Below, piece after piece: positions 13,101 to 28,100 of a DNA stretch of 64,000 nt (position 1 is its first letter; each line of letters begins with the position of its first letter). Source of the DNA: Eledone cirrhosa (Eukaryota); contig OZ024740.1 of assembly GCA_964016885.1 (NCBI GenBank), forward strand, positions 211,482,001 to 211,546,000, written 5' to 3'. A program made the translations under genes and the position numbers. A model generated the notes under the pieces. It worked only from the letters and a program-made list of their open reading frames with translations, was not told the DNA's origin and searched no databases.

Positions 13101-16100
13101 TGTTTAAACTGTCAATCTCTCAACTCTGTTGTGCTTTATGTTGGGGCTCTGTTTAACTGTCAATCTCTCAACTCTGTTGTGCTTTATGTTGGGGCTCTGT
13201 TTAACTGTCAATCTCTCAACCCAGGTGTGCTCTATGTTGGGGCTCTGTTTAACTGTCAATCTCTCAACTCTGTTGTGCTTTATGTTGGGGCTCTGTATAA
13301 CTGTCAATCTCTCAACTCAGGTGTGCTCTATGTTGGGGCTCTGTTTAACTGTCAATCTCTCAACTCAGGTGTGCTCTATGTTGGGCTCTGTTTAACTGTC
13401 AATCTCTCAACCCAGGTGTGCTCTATGTTGGGGCTCTGTTTAACTCTCAATCTCTCAACTCAGGTGTGTTTTATGTTGGGGCTCTGTTTAACTGTCAATC
13501 TCTCAACTCAGGTGTGCTCTATGTTGGGGCTCTGTTTAACTGTCAATCTCTCAACTCTGGTGTGCACTATGTTGGGGCTCTGTTTAACTGTCAATCTCTC
13601 AATTCTGTTGTGTTTTATGTTGGGGCTCTGTTTAGCTGTCAATCTCTCAACCCAGGTCTGCTCTATGTTGGGGCTCTGTTTAACTGTCAATCTCTCAACT
13701 CTGTTGTGCTTTATGTTGGGGTCTGTTTAACTGTCAACCTCTCAACTCAGGTGTGCTCTATGTTAGGGCTCTGTTTAAACTGTCAATCTCTCAACTCTGT
13801 TGTGCTTTATGTTGGGGCTCTGTTTAACTGTCAATCTCTCAACTCTGGTGTGCTCTATGTTGGGGCTCTGTTTAAACTGTCAATCTCTCAACTCTGTTGT
13901 GCTTTATAGTGGGGCTCTGTTTAACTGTCAATCTCTCAACTTAGGTGTGCTCTATGTTGGGGCTCTGTTTAACTGTCAATCTCTCAACTCTGTTGTGCTT
14001 TATGTTGGGGTTCTGTTTAACTGTCAATCTCTTAACCCAGGTGTGCTCTATGTTAGGGCTCTGTTTAAACTGTCAATCTCTCAACTCTGTTGTGCTTTAT
14101 GTTGGGGCTCTGTTTAACTGTCAATCTCTCAACTCTGGTGTGCTCTATGTTGGGGCTCTGTTTAAACTGTCAATCTCTCAACTCTGTTGTGCTTTATAGT
14201 GGGGCTCTGTTTAACTGTCAATCTCTCAACTTAGGTGTGCTCTATGTTGGGGCTCTGTTTAACTGTCAATCTCTCAACCCAGGTGTGCTCTATGTTGGCG
14301 CTCTGTTTAACTGTCAATCTCTCAACTCTGTTGTGCTTTATGTTGGGGCTCTGTTTAACTGTCAATCTCTCAACTCAGGTGTGCTCTATGTTGTGGCTCT
14401 GTTTAACTGTCAATCTCTCAACTCAGGTCTGCTCTATGTTGGGGCTCTGTTTAACTGTCAATCTCTCAACTCTGTTGTGCTTTATGTTGGGGCTCTGTTT
14501 AACTGTCAATCTCTCAACTCAGGTGTGCTCTATGTTGGGGCTCTGTTTAACTGTCAATCTCTCAACTCTGTTGTGCTCTATGCCGGGGCTCTGTTTAACT
14601 GTCAGTCTCTCAACCTAGGTGTGCTCTATGTTGGGGCTCTGTTTAACTGTCAATCTCTCAACTCTGTTGTGCTCTATGTTGGGGCTCTGTTTAACTGTCA
14701 ATCTCTCAACTCAGGTGTGCGTTATGCTGGGGCTCTGTTTAACTGTCAATCTCTCAACTCTGTTGTGCTCTATGTTGGGGCTCTGTTTAACTGTCAATCT
14801 CTCAACTCTGGTGTGCTCTATGTTGGGGCTCTGTTTAACTGTCAATCTCTCAACTCAGGTGTGCTCTATGTTGGGGCTCTGTTTAACTGTCAATCTCTCA
14901 ATTCTGTTGTGTTTTATGTTGGGGCTCTGTTTAGCTGTCAATCTCTCAACCCAGGTCTGCTCTATGTTGGGGCTCTGTTTAACTGTCAATCTCTCAACCC
15001 AGGTGTGCTCTATGTTGGGGCTCTGTTTAACTGTCAATCTCTCAACTCTGTTGTGCTTTATGTTGGGGCTCTGTTTAACTGTCAATCTCTCAACCCAGGT
15101 GTGCTCTATGTTGGGCTCTGTTTAACTGTCAATCTCTCAACTCTGTTGTGCTCTATGTTGGGGCTCTGTTTAGCTGTCAATCTCTCAACTCTGGTGTGCT
15201 CTATGTTGGGGCTCTGTTTAACTGTCAATCTCTCAACTCAGGTGTGCTCTATGTTAGGGCTCTGTTTAACTGTCAGTCTCTCAACCTAGGTGTGCTCTAT
15301 GTTGGGGCTCTGTTTAACTGTCAATCTCTCAACTCTGTTGTGCTCTATGTTGGGGCTCTGTTTAACTGTCAATCTCTCAACTCTGTTGTGCTTTATGTTG
15401 GAGCTCTGTTTAATTGTCAATCTCTCAACCCAGGTGTGCTCTATGTTGGGCTCTGTTTAACTGTCAATCTCTCAACTCTGTTGTGCTTTATGTTGGGGCT
15501 CTGTTTAACTGTCAATCTCTCAACTCTGTTGTGCTCTATGTTGGGGCTCTGTTTAGCTGTCAATCTCTCAACTCTGTTGTGCTCTATGCCGGGGCTCTGT
15601 TTAACTGTCAGTCTCTCAACCTAGGTGTGCTCTATGTTGGGGCTCTGTTTAACTGTCAATCTCTCAACTCTGTTGTGCTCTATGTTGGGGCTCTGTTTAA
15701 CTGTCAATCTCTCAACTCAGGTGTGCGTTATGCTGGGGCTCTGTTTAACTGTCAATCTCTCAACTCTGTTGTGCTCTATGTTGGGGCTCTGTTTAACTGT
15801 CAATCTCTCAACTCAGGTGTCCTCTATATTGGGGCTCTGTTTAACTGTCAATCTCTCAACTCTGGTGTGCTCTATGTTGGGGCTCTGTTTAACTGTCAAT
15901 CTCTCAACTCAGGTGTGCTCTATGTTGGGGCTCTGTTTAACTGTCAATCTCTCAATTCTGTTGTGTTTTATGTTGGGGCTCTGTTTAGCTGTCAATCTCT
16001 CAACCCAGGTCTGCTCTATGTTGGGGCTCTGTTTAACTGTCAATCTCTCAACCCAGGTGTGCTCTATGTTGGGGCTCTGTTTAACTGTCAATCTCTCAAC

Positions 16101-19100
16101 TCTGTTGTGCTTTATGTTGGGGCTCTGTTTAACTGTCAATCTCTCAACCCAGGTGTGCTCTATGTTGGGCTCTGTTTAACTGTCAATCTCTCAACTCTGT
16201 TGTGCTTTATGTTGGGGCTCTGTTTAACTGTCAATCTCTCAACTCTGTTGTGCTCTATGTTGGGGCTCTGTTTAACTGTCAATCTCTCAACTCAGGTGTG
16301 CTCTATGTCGGGGCTCTGTTTAACTGTCAATCTCTCAACTCAGGTCTGCTCTATGTTGGGGCTCTGTTTAACTGTCAATCTCTCAACCCGGGTGTGCTCT
16401 ATGTTGGGCTCTGTTTAACTGTCAATCTCTCAACTCTGTTGTGCTTTATGTTGGGGCTCTGTTTAACTGTCAATCTCTCAACTCTGTTGTGCTCTATGTT
16501 GGGGCTCTGTTTAAATGTCAATCTCTCAACCCAGGTGTGCTCTATGTTGGGGCTCTGTTTAACTGTCAATCTCTCAACTCTGTTGTGTTTTATGTTGGGG
16601 CTCTGTTGAACTGTCAATCTCTCAACTCAGGTGTGCTCTATGTTGGGGCTCTGTTTAACTGTCAATCTCTCAACTCTGGTGTGCTCTATGTTGGGGCTCT
16701 GTTTAACTGTCAATCTCTCAACTCAGGTGTGCTCTATGTTGGGGCTCTGTTTAACTGTCAATCTCTCAACTCAGGTGTGCTCTATGTTGGGGCTCTGTTT
16801 AACTGTCAATCTCTCAACTCAGGTGTGCTCTATGTTGGGGCTCTGTTTAACTGTCAATCTCTCAACTCAGGTGTGCTCTATGTTGGGGCTCTGTTTAGCT
16901 GTCAATCTCTCAACTCTGTTGTGCTCTATGCTGGGGCTCTGTTTAACTGTCAGTCTCTCAACCTAGGTGTGCTCTATGTTGGGGCTCTGTTTAACTGTCA
17001 ATCTCTCAACTCAGGTGTGCTCTATGCTGGGGCTCTGTTTAAATGTCAATCTCTCAACTCTGTTGTGCTCTATGTTGGGGCTCTGTTTAACTGTCAATCT
17101 CTCAACTCAGGTGTGCTCTATATTGGGGCTCTGTTTAACTGTCAATCTCTCAACCCAGGTGTGCTCTATGTTGGGGCTCTGTTTAACTGTCAATCTCTCA
17201 ACTCTGTTGTGCTTTATGTTGGGGCTCTGTTTAACTGTCAATCTCTCAACCCAGGTGTGCTCTATGTTGGGCTCTGTTTAACTGTCAATCTCTCAACTCT
17301 GTTGTGCTTTATGTTGGGGCTCTGTTTAACTGTCAATCTCTCAACTCTGTTGTGCTCTATGTTGGGGCTCTGTTTAGCTGTCAATCTCTCAACTCTGGTG
17401 TGCTCTATGTTGGGGCTCTGTTTAACTGTCAATCTCTCAACTCAGGTGTGCTCTATGTTGGGGCTCTGTTTAACTGTCAGTCTCTCAACCTAGGTGTGCT
17501 CTATGTTGGGGCTCTGTTTAACTGTCAATCTCTCAACTCTGTTGTGCTCTATGTTGGGGCTCTGTTTAACTGTCAATCTCTCAACTCTGTTGTGCTTTAT
17601 GTTGGAGCTCTGTTTAATTGTCAATCTCTCAACCCATGTGTGCTCTATGTTGGGGCTCTGTTTAACTGTCAATCTCTCAACTCAGGTGTGCTCTATGCTG
17701 GGGCTCTGTTTAAATGTCAATCTCTCAACTCTGTTGTGCTCTATGTTGGGGCTCTGTTTAACTGTCAATCTCTCAACTCAGGTGTGCTCTATATTGGGGC
17801 TCTGTTTAACTGTCAATCTCTCAACCCAGGTGTGCTCTATGTTGGGGCTCTGTTTAACTGTCAATCTCTCAACTCTGTTGTGCTTTATGTTGGGGCTCTG
17901 TTTAACTGTCAATCTCTCAACCCAGGTGTGCTCTATGTTGGGCTCTGTTTAACTGTCAATCTCTCAACTCTGTTGTGCTTTATGTTGGGGCTCTGTTTAA
18001 CTGTCAATCTCTCAACTCAGGTGTGCTCTATGTTGGGGCTCTGTTTAACTGTCAATCTCTCAACTCTGTTGTGCTCTATGCCGGGGCTCTGTTTAACTGT
18101 CAGTCTCTCAACCTAGGTGTGCTCTATGTTGGGGCTCTGTTTAACTGTCAATCTCTCAACTCTGTTGTGCTCTATGTTGGGGCTCTGTTTAACTGTCAAT
18201 CTCTCAACTCAGGTGTGCGTTATGCTGGGGCTCTGTTTAACTGTCAATCTCTCAACTCTGTTGTGCTCTATGTTGGGGCTCTGTTTAACTGTCAATCTCT
18301 CAACTCTGGTGTGCTCTATGTTGGGGCTCTGTTTAACTGTCAATCTCTCAACTCAGGTGTGCTCTATGTTGGGGCTCTGTTTAACTGTCAATCTCTCAAT
18401 TCTGTTGTGTTTTATGTTGGGGCTCTGTTTAGCTGTCAATCTCTCAACCCAGGTCTGCTCTATGTTGGGGCTCTGTTTAACTGTCAATCTCTCAACCCAG
18501 GTGTGCTCTATGTTGGGGCTCTGTTTAACTGTCAATCTCTCAACTCTGTTGTGCTTTATGTTGGGGCTCTGTTTAACTGTCAATCTCTCAACCCAGGTGT
18601 GCTCTATGTTGGGCTCTGTTTAACTGTCAATCTCTCAAATTTGTTGTGCTCTATGTTGGGGCTCTGTTTAGCTGTCAATCTCTCAACTCTGGTGTGCTCT
18701 ATGTTGGGGCTCTGTTTAACTGTCAATCTCTCAACTCAGGTGTGCTCTATGTTAGGGCTCTGTTTAACTGTCAGTCTCTCAACCTAGGTGTGCTCTATGT
18801 TGGGGCTCTGTTTAACTGTCAATCTCTCAACTCTGTTGTGCTCTATGTTGGGGCTCTGTTTAACTGTCAATCTCTCAACTCTGTTGTGCTTTATGTTGGA
18901 GCTCTGTTTAATTGTCAATCTCTCAACCCAGGTGTGCTCTATGTTGGGCTCTGTTTAACTGTCAATCTCTCAACTCTGTTGTGCTTTATGTTGGGGCTCT
19001 GTTTAACTGTCAATCTCTCAACTCTGTTGTGCTCTATGTTGGGGCTCTGTTTAGCTGTCAATCTCTCAACTCTGTTGTGCTCTATGCCGGGGCTCTGTTT

Positions 19101-22100
19101 AACTGTCAGTCTCTCAACCTAGGTGTGCTCTATGTTGGGGCTCTGTTTAACTGTCAATCTCTCAACTCTGTTGTGCTCTATGTTGGGGCTCTGTTTAACT
19201 GTCAATCTCTCAACTCAGGTGTGCGTTATGCTGGGGCTCTGTTTAACTGTCAATCTCTCAACTCTGTTGTGCTCTATGTTGGGGCTCTGTTTAACTGTCA
19301 ATCTCTCAACTCAGGTGTCCTCTATATTGGGGCTCTGTTTAACTGTCAATCTCTCAACTCTGGTGTGCTCTATGTTGGGGCTCTGTTTAACTGTCAATCT
19401 CTCAACTCAGGTGTGCTCTATGTTGGGGCTCTGTTTAACTGTCAATCTCTCAATTCTGTTGTGTTTTATGTTGGGGCTCTGTTTAGCTGTCAATCTCTCA
19501 ACCCAGGTCTGCTCTATGTTGGGGCTCTGTTTAACTGTCAATCTCTCAACCCAGGTGTGCTCTATGTTGGGGCTCTGTTTAACTGTCAATCTCTCAACTC
19601 TGTTGTGCTTTATGTTGGGGCTCTGTTTAACTGTCAATCTCTCAACCCAGGTGTGCTCTATGTTGGGCTCTGTTTAACTGTCAATCTCTCAACTCTGTTG
19701 TGCTTTATGTTGGGGCTCTGTTTAACTGTCAATCTCTCAACTCTGTTGTGCTCTATGTTGGGGCTCTGTTTAACTGTCAATCTCTCAACTCAGGTGTGCT
19801 CTATGTCGGGGCTCTGTTTAACTGTCAATCTCTCAACTCAGGTCTGCTCTATGTTGGGGCTCTGTTTAACTGTCAATCTCTCAACCCGGGTGTGCTCTAT
19901 GTTGGGCTCTGTTTAACTGTCAATCTCTCAACTCTGTTGTGCTTTATGTTGGGGCTCTGTTTAACTGTCAATCTCTCAACTCTGTTGTGCTCTATGTTGG
20001 GGCTCTGTTTAAATGTCAATCTCTCAACCCAGGTGTGCTCTATGTTGGGGCTCTGTTTAACTGTCAATCTCTCAACTCTGTTGTGTTTTATGTTGGGGCT
20101 CTGTTGAACTGTCAATCTCTCAACTCAGGTGTGCTCTATGTTGGGGCTCTGTTTAACTGTCAATCTCTCAACTCTGGTGTGCTCTATGTTGGGGCTCTGT
20201 TTAACTGTCAATCTCTCAACTCAGGTGTGCTCTATGTTGGGGCTCTGTTTAACTGTCAATCTCTCAACTCAGGTGTGCTCTATGTTGGGGCTCTGTTTAA
20301 CTGTCAATCTCTCAACTCAGGTGTGCTCTATGTTGGGGCTCTGTTTAACTGTCAATCTCTCAACTCAGGTGTGCTCTATGTTGGGGCTCTGTTTAGCTGT
20401 CAATCTCTCAACTCTGTTGTGCTCTATGCTGGGGCTCTGTTTAACTGTCAGTCTCTCAACCTAGGTGTGCTCTATGTTGGGGCTCTGTTTAACTGTCAAT
20501 CTCTCAACTCAGGTGTGCTCTATGCTGGGGCTCTGTTTAAATGTCAATCTCTCAACTCTGTTGTGCTCTATGTTGGGGCTCTGTTTAACTGTCAATCTCT
20601 CAACTCAGGTGTGCTCTATATTGGGGCTCTGTTTAACTGTCAATCTCTCAACCCAGGTGTGCTCTATGTTGGGGCTCTGTTTAACTGTCAATCTCTCAAC
20701 TCTGTTGTGCTTTATGTTGGGGCTCTGTTTAACTGTCAATCTCTCAACCCAGGTGTGCTCTATGTTGGGCTCTGTTTAACTGTCAATCTCTCAACTCTGT
20801 TGTGCTTTATGTTGGGGCTCTGTTTAACTGTCAATCTCTCAACTCTGTTGTGCTCTATGTTGGGGCTCTGTTTAGCTGTCAATCTCTCAACTCTGGTGTG
20901 CTCTATGTTGGGGCTCTGTTTAACTGTCAATCTCTCAACTCAGGTGTGCTCTATGTTGGGGCTCTGTTTAACTGTCAGTCTCTCAACCTAGGTGTGCTCT
21001 ATGTTGGGGCTCTGTTTAACTGTCAATCTCTCAACTCTGTTGTGCTCTATGTTGGGGCTCTGTTTAACTGTCAATCTCTCAACTCTGTTGTGCTTTATGT
21101 TGGAGCTCTGTTTAATTGTCAATCTCTCAACCCATGTGTGCTCTATGTTGGGCTCTGTTTAACTGTCAATCTCTCAACTCTGTTGTGCTTTATGTTGGGG
21201 CTCTGTTTAACTGTCAATCTCTCAACTCTGTTGTGCTCTATGTTGGGGCTCTGTTTAGCTGTCAATCTCTCAACTCTGTTGTGCTCTATGCCGGGGCTCT
21301 GTTTAACTGTCAGTCTCTCAACCTAGGTGTGCTCTATGTTGGGGCTCTGTTTAACTGTCAATCTCTCAACTCTGTTGTGCTCTATGTTGGGGCTCTGTTT
21401 AACTGTCAATCTCTCAACTCAGGTGTGCGTTATGCTGGGGCTCTGTTTAACTGTCAATCTCTCAACTCTGTTGTGCTCTATGTTGGGGCTCTGTTTAACT
21501 GTCAATCTCTCAACTCAGGTGTGCTCTATATTGGGGCTCTGTTTAACTGTCAATCTCTCAACTCTGGTGTGCTCTATGTTGGGGCTCTGTTTAACTGTCA
21601 ATCTCTCAACTCAGGTGTGCTCTATGTTGGGGCTCTGTTTAACTGTCAATCTCTCAATTCTGTTGTGTTTTATGTTGGGGCTCTGTTTAGCTGTCAATCT
21701 CTCAACCCAGGTCTGCTCTATGTTGGGGCTCTGTTTAACTGTCAATCTCTCAACCCAGGTGTGCTCTATGTTGGGGCTCTGTTTAACTGTCAATCTCTCA
21801 ACTCTGTTGTGCTTTATGTTGGGGCTCTGTTTAACTGTCAATCTCTCAACCCAGGTGTGCTCTATGTTGGGCTCTGTTTAACTGTCAATCTCTCAACTCT
21901 GTTGTGCTTTATGTTGGGGCTCTGTTTAACTGTCAATCTCTCAACTCTGTTGTGCTCTATGTTGGGGCTCTGTTTAACTGTCAATCTCTCAACTCAGGTG
22001 TGCTCTATGTCGGGGCTCTGTTTAACTGTCAATCTCTCAACTCAGGTGTGCTCTATGTTGGGGCACTGTTTAACTGTCAATCTCTCAACCCGGGTGTGCT

Positions 22101-25100
22101 CTATGTTGGGCTCTGTTTAACTGTCAATCTCTCAACTCTGTTGTGCTTTATGTTGGGGCTCTGTTTAACTGTCAATCTCTCAACTCTGTTGTGCTTTATG
22201 TTGGGGCTCTGTTTAACTGTCAATCTCTCAACTCTGGTGTGCTCTATGTTGTGGCTCTGTTAAACTGTCAATCTCTCAACTCATGTCTGCTCTATGTTGG
22301 GGCTCTGTTTAACTGTCAATCTCTCAACCCAGGTGTGCTCTATGTTGGGGCTCTGTTTAACTGTCAATCTCTCAACTCAGGTGTGCTCTATGTTGGGGCT
22401 CTGTTTAACTGTGAATCTCTCAACTCTGTTGTGATTTATGTTGGGGCTCTGTTTAACTGTCAATCTCTCAATGCTGGTGTGCACTATGTTGGGGCTCTGT
22501 TTAACTGTCAATCTCTCAATTCTGTTGTGTTTTATGCTGGGGCTCTGTTTAGCTGCCAATCTCTCAACCCAGGTCTGCTCTATGTTGGGACTCTGTTTAA
22601 CTGTCAATCTCTCAACCCAGGTGTGCTCTATGTTGGGGCTCTGTTTAACTGTCAATCTCTCAACTCTGTTGTGCTTTATGTTGGGGCTCTGTTTAAACTG
22701 TCAATCTCTCAACTCTGTTGTGCTTTATGTTGGGGCTCTGTTTAACTGTCAATCTCTCAACTCTGTTGTGCTTTATGTTGGGGCTCTGTTTAACTGTCAA
22801 TCTCTCAACCCAGGTGTGCTCTATGTTGGGGCTCTGTTTAACTGTCAATCTCTCAACTCTGTTGTGCTTTATGTTGGGGCTCTGTATAACTGTCAATCTC
22901 TCAACTCAGGTGTGCTCTATGTTGGGGCTCTGTTTAACTGTCAATCTCTCAACTCAGGTGTGCTCTATGTTGGGCTCTGTTTAACTGTCAATCTCTCAAC
23001 CCAGGTGTGCTCTATGTTGGGGCTCTGTTTAACTCTCAATCTCTCAACTCAGGTGTGTTTTATGTTGGGGCTCTGTTTAACTGTCAATCTCTCAACTCAG
23101 GTGTGCTCTATGTTGGGGCTCTGTTTAACTGTCAATCTCTCAACTCTGGTGTGCACTATGTTGGGGCTCTGTTTAACTGTCAATCTCTCAATTCTGTTGT
23201 GTTTTATGTTGGGGCTCTGTTTAGCTGTCAATCTCTCAACCCAGGTCTGCTCTATGTTGGGGCTCTGTTTAACTGTCAATCTCTCAACTCTGTTGTGCTT
23301 TATGTTGGGGTCTGTTTAACTGTCAACCTCTCAACTCAGGTGTGCTCTATGTTAGGGCTCTGTTTAAACTGTCAATCTCTCAACTCTGTTGTGCTTTATG
23401 TTGGGGCTCTGTTTAACTGTCAATCTCTCAACTCTGGTGTGCTCTATGTTGGGGCTCTGTTTAAACTGTCAATCTCTCAACTCTGTTGTGCTTTATAGTG
23501 GGGCTCTGTTTAACTGTCAATCTCTCAACTTAGGTGTGCTCTATGTTGGGGCTCTGTTTAACTGTCAATCTCTCAACTCTGTTGTGCTTTATGTTGGGGT
23601 TCTGTTTAACTGTCAATCTCTTAACCCAGGTGTGCTCTATGTTGGGGCTCTGTTTAACTGTCAATCTCTCAACCCAGGTGTGCTCTATGTTGGGGCTCTG
23701 TTTAACTGTCAATCTCTCAACTCTGTTGTGCTTTATGTTGGGGCTCTGTTTAACTGTCAATCTCTCAACTCAGGTGTGCTCTATGTTGTGGCTCTGTTTA
23801 ACTGTCAATCTCTCAACTCAGGTCTGCTCTATGTTGGGGCTCTGTTTAACTGTCAATCTCTCAACTCTGTTGTGCTTTATGTTGGGGCTCTGTTTAACTG
23901 TCAATCTCTCAACTCAGGTGTGCTCTATGTTGGGGCTCTGTTTAACTGTCAATCTCTCAACTCTGTTGTGCTCTATGCCGGGGCTCTGTTTAACTGTCAG
24001 TCTCTCAACCTAGGTGTGCTCTATGTTGGGGCTCTGTTTAACTGTCAATCTCTCAACTCTGTTGTGCTCTATGTTGGGGCTCTGTTTAACTGTCAATCTC
24101 TCAACTCAGGTGTGCGTTATGCTGGGGCTCTGTTTAACTGTCAATCTCTCAACTCTGTTGTGCTCTATGTTGGGGCTCTGTTTAACTGTCAATCTCTCAA
24201 CTCTGGTGTGCTCTATGTTGGGGCTCTGTTTAACTGTCAATCTCTCAACTCAGGTGTGCTCTATGTTGGGGCTCTGTTTAACTGTCAATCTCTCAATTCT
24301 GTTGTGTTTTATGTTGGGGCTCTGTTTAGCTGTCAATCTCTCAACCCAGGTCTGCTCTATGTTGGGGCTCTGTTTAACTGTCAATCTCTCAACCCAGGTG
24401 TGCTCTATGTTGGGGCTCTGTTTAACTGTCAATCTCTCAACTCTGTTGTGCTTTATGTTGGGGCTCTGTTTAACTGTCAATCTCTCAACCCAGGTGTGCT
24501 CTATGTTGGGCTCTGTTTAACTGTCAATCTCTCAACTCTGTTGTGCTCTATGTTGGGGCTCTGTTTAGCTGTCAATCTCTCAACTCTGGTGTGCTCTATG
24601 TTGGGGCTCTGTTTAACTGTCAATCTCTCAACTCAGGTGTGCTCTATGTTAGGGCTCTGTTTAACTGTCAGTCTCTCAACCTAGGTGTGCTCTATGTTGG
24701 GGCTCTGTTTAACTGTCAATCTCTCAACTCTGTTGTGCTCTATGTTGGGGCTCTGTTTAACTGTCAATCTCTCAACTCTGTTGTGCTTTATGTTGGAGCT
24801 CTGTTTAATTGTCAATCTCTCAACCCAGGTGTGCTCTATGTTGGGCTCTGTTTAACTGTCAATCTCTCAACTCTGTTGTGCTTTATGTTGGGGCTCTGTT
24901 TAACTGTCAATCTCTCAACTCTGTTGTGCTCTATGTTGGGGCTCTGTTTAGCTGTCAATCTCTCAACTCTGTTGTGCTCTATGCCGGGGCTCTGTTTAAC
25001 TGTCAGTCTCTCAACCTAGGTGTGCTCTATGTTGGGGCTCTGTTTAACTGTCAATCTCTCAACTCTGTTGTGCTCTATGTTGGGGCTCTGTTTAACTGTC

Positions 25101-28100
25101 AATCTCTCAACTCAGGTGTGCGTTATGCTGGGGCTCTGTTTAACTGTCAATCTCTCAACTCTGTTGTGCTCTATGTTGGGGCTCTGTTTAACTGTCAATC
25201 TCTCAACTCAGGTGTGCTCTATATTGGGGCTCTGTTTAACTGTCAATCTCTCAACTCTGGTGTGCTCTATGTTGGGGCTCTGTTTAACTGTCAATCTCTC
25301 AACTCAGGTGTGCTCTATGTTGGGGCTCTGTTTAACTGTCAATCTCTCAATTCTGTTGTGTTTTATGTTGGGGCTCTGTTTAGCTGTCAATCTCTCAACC
25401 CAGGTCTGCTCTATGTTGGGGCTCTGTTTAACTGTCAATCTCTCAACCCAGGTGTGCTCTATGTTGGGGCTCTGTTTAACTGTCAATCTCTCAACTCTGT
25501 TGTGCTTTATGTTGGGGCTCTGTTTAACTGTCAATCTCTCAACCCAGGTGTGCTCTATGTTGGGCTCTGTTTAACTGTCAATCTCTCAACTCTGTTGTGC
25601 TCTATGTTGGGGCTCTGTTTAGCTGTCAATCTCTCAACTCTGGTGTGCTCTATGTTGGGGCTCTGTTTAACTGTCAATCTCTCAACTCAGGTGTGCTCTA
25701 TGTTAGGGCTCTGTTTAACTGTCAGTCTCTCAACCTAGGTGTGCTCTATGTTGGGGCTCTGTTTAACTGTCAATCTCTCAACTCTGTTGTGCTCTATGTT
25801 GGGGCTCTGTTTAACTGTCAATCTCTCAACTCTGTTGTGCTTTATGTTGGAGCTCTGTTTAATTGTCAATCTCTCAACCCAGGTGTGCTCTATGTTGGGC
25901 TCTGTTTAACTGTCAATCTCTCAACTCTGTTGTGCTTTATGTTGGGGCTCTGTTTAACTGTCAATCTCTCAACTCTGTTGTGCTCTATGTTGGGGCTCTG
26001 TTTAGCTGTCAATCTCTCAACTCTGTTGTGCTCTATGCCGGGGCTCTGTTTAACTGTCAGTCTCTCAACCTAGGTGTGCTCTATGTTGGGGCTCTGTTTA
26101 ACTGTCAATCTCTCAACTCTGTTGTGCTCTATGTTGGGGCTCTGTTTAACTGTCAATCTCTCAACTCAGGTGTGCGTTATGCTGGGGCTCTGTTTAACTG
26201 TCAATCTCTCAACTCTGTTGTGCTCTATGTTGGGGCTCTGTTTAACTGTCAATCTCTCAACTCAGGTGTGCTCTATATTGGGGCTCTGTTTAACTGTCAA
26301 TCTCTCAACTCTGGTGTGCTCTATGTTGGGGCTCTGTTTAACTGTCAATCTCTCAACTCAGGTGTGCTCTATGTTGGGGCTCTGTTTAACTGTCAATCTC
26401 TCAATTCTGTTGTGTTTTATGTTGGGGCTCTGTTTAGCTGTCAATCTCTCAACCCAGGTCTGCTCTATGTTGGGGCTCTGTTTAACTGTCAATCTCTCAA
26501 CCCAGGTGTGCTCTATGTTGGGGCTCTGTTTAACTGTCAATCTCTCAACTCTGTTGTGCTTTATGTTGGGGCTCTGTTTAACTGTCAATCTCTCAACCCA
26601 GGTGTGCTCTATGTTGGGCTCTGTTTAACTGTCAATCTCTCAACTCTGTTGTGCTTTATGTTGGGGCTCTGTTTAACTGTCAATCTCTCAACTCTGTTGT
26701 GCTCTATGTTGGGGCTCTGTTTAACTGTCAATCTCTCAACTCAGGTGTGCTCTATGTCGGGGCTCTGTTTAACTGTCAATCTCTCAACTCAGGTCTGCTC
26801 TATGTTGGGGCTCTGTTTAACTGTCAATCTCTCAACCCGGGTGTGCTCTATGTTGGGCTCTGTTTAACTGTCAATCTCTCAACTCTGTTGTGCTTTATGT
26901 TGGGGCTCTGTTTAACTGTCAATCTCTCAACTCTGTTGTGCTCTATGTTGGGGCTCTGTTTAAATGTCAATCTCTCAACCCAGGTGTGCTCTATGTTGGG
27001 GCTCTGTTTAACTGTCAATCTCTCAACTCTGTTGTGTTTTATGTTGGGGCTCTGTTGAACTGTCAATCTCTCAACTCAGGTGTGCTCTATGTTGGGGCTC
27101 TGTTTAACTGTCAATCTCTCAACTCTGGTGTGCTCTATGTTGGGGCTCTGTTTAACTGTCAATCTCTCAACTCAGGTGTGCTCTATGTTGGGGCTCTGTT
27201 TAACTGTCAATCTCTCAACTCAGGTGTGCTCTATGTTGGGGCTCTGTTTAACTGTCAATCTCTCAACTCAGGTGTGCTCTATGTTGGGGCTCTGTTTAAC
27301 TGTCAATCTCTCAACTCAGGTGTGCTCTATGTTGGGGCTCTGTTTAGCTGTCAATCTCTCAACTCTGTTGTGCTCTATGCTGGGGCTCTGTTTAACTGTC
27401 AGTCTCTCAACCTAGGTGTGCTCTATGTTGGGGCTCTGTTTAACTGTCAATCTCTCAACTCAGGTGTGCTCTATGCTGGGGCTCTGTTTAAATGTCAATC
27501 TCTCAACTCTGTTGTGCTCTATGTTGGGGCTCTGTTTAACTGTCAATCTCTCAACTCAGGTGTGCTCTATATTGGGGCTCTGTTTAACTGTCAATCTCTC
27601 AACCCAGGTGTGCTCTATGTTGGGGCTCTGTTTAACTGTCAATCTCTCAACTCTGTTGTGCTTTATGTTGGGGCTCTGTTTAACTGTCAATCTCTCAACC
27701 CAGGTGTGCTCTATGTTGGGCTCTGTTTAACTGTCAATCTCTCAACTCTGTTGTGCTTTATGTTGGGGCTCTGTTTAACTGTCAATCTCTCAACTCTGTT
27801 GTGCTCTATGTTGGGGCTCTGTTTAGCTGTCAATCTCTCAACTCTGGTGTGCTCTATGTTGGGGCTCTGTTTAACTGTCAATCTCTCAACTCAGGTGTGC
27901 TCTATGTTGGGGCTCTGTTTAACTGTCAGTCTCTCAACCTAGGTGTGCTCTATGTTGGGGCTCTGTTTAACTGTCAATCTCTCAACTCTGTTGTGCTCTA
28001 TGTTGGGGCTCTGTTTAACTGTCAATCTCTCAACTCTGTTGTGCTTTATGTTGGAGCTCTGTTTAATTGTCAATCTCTCAACCCATGTGTGCTCTATGTT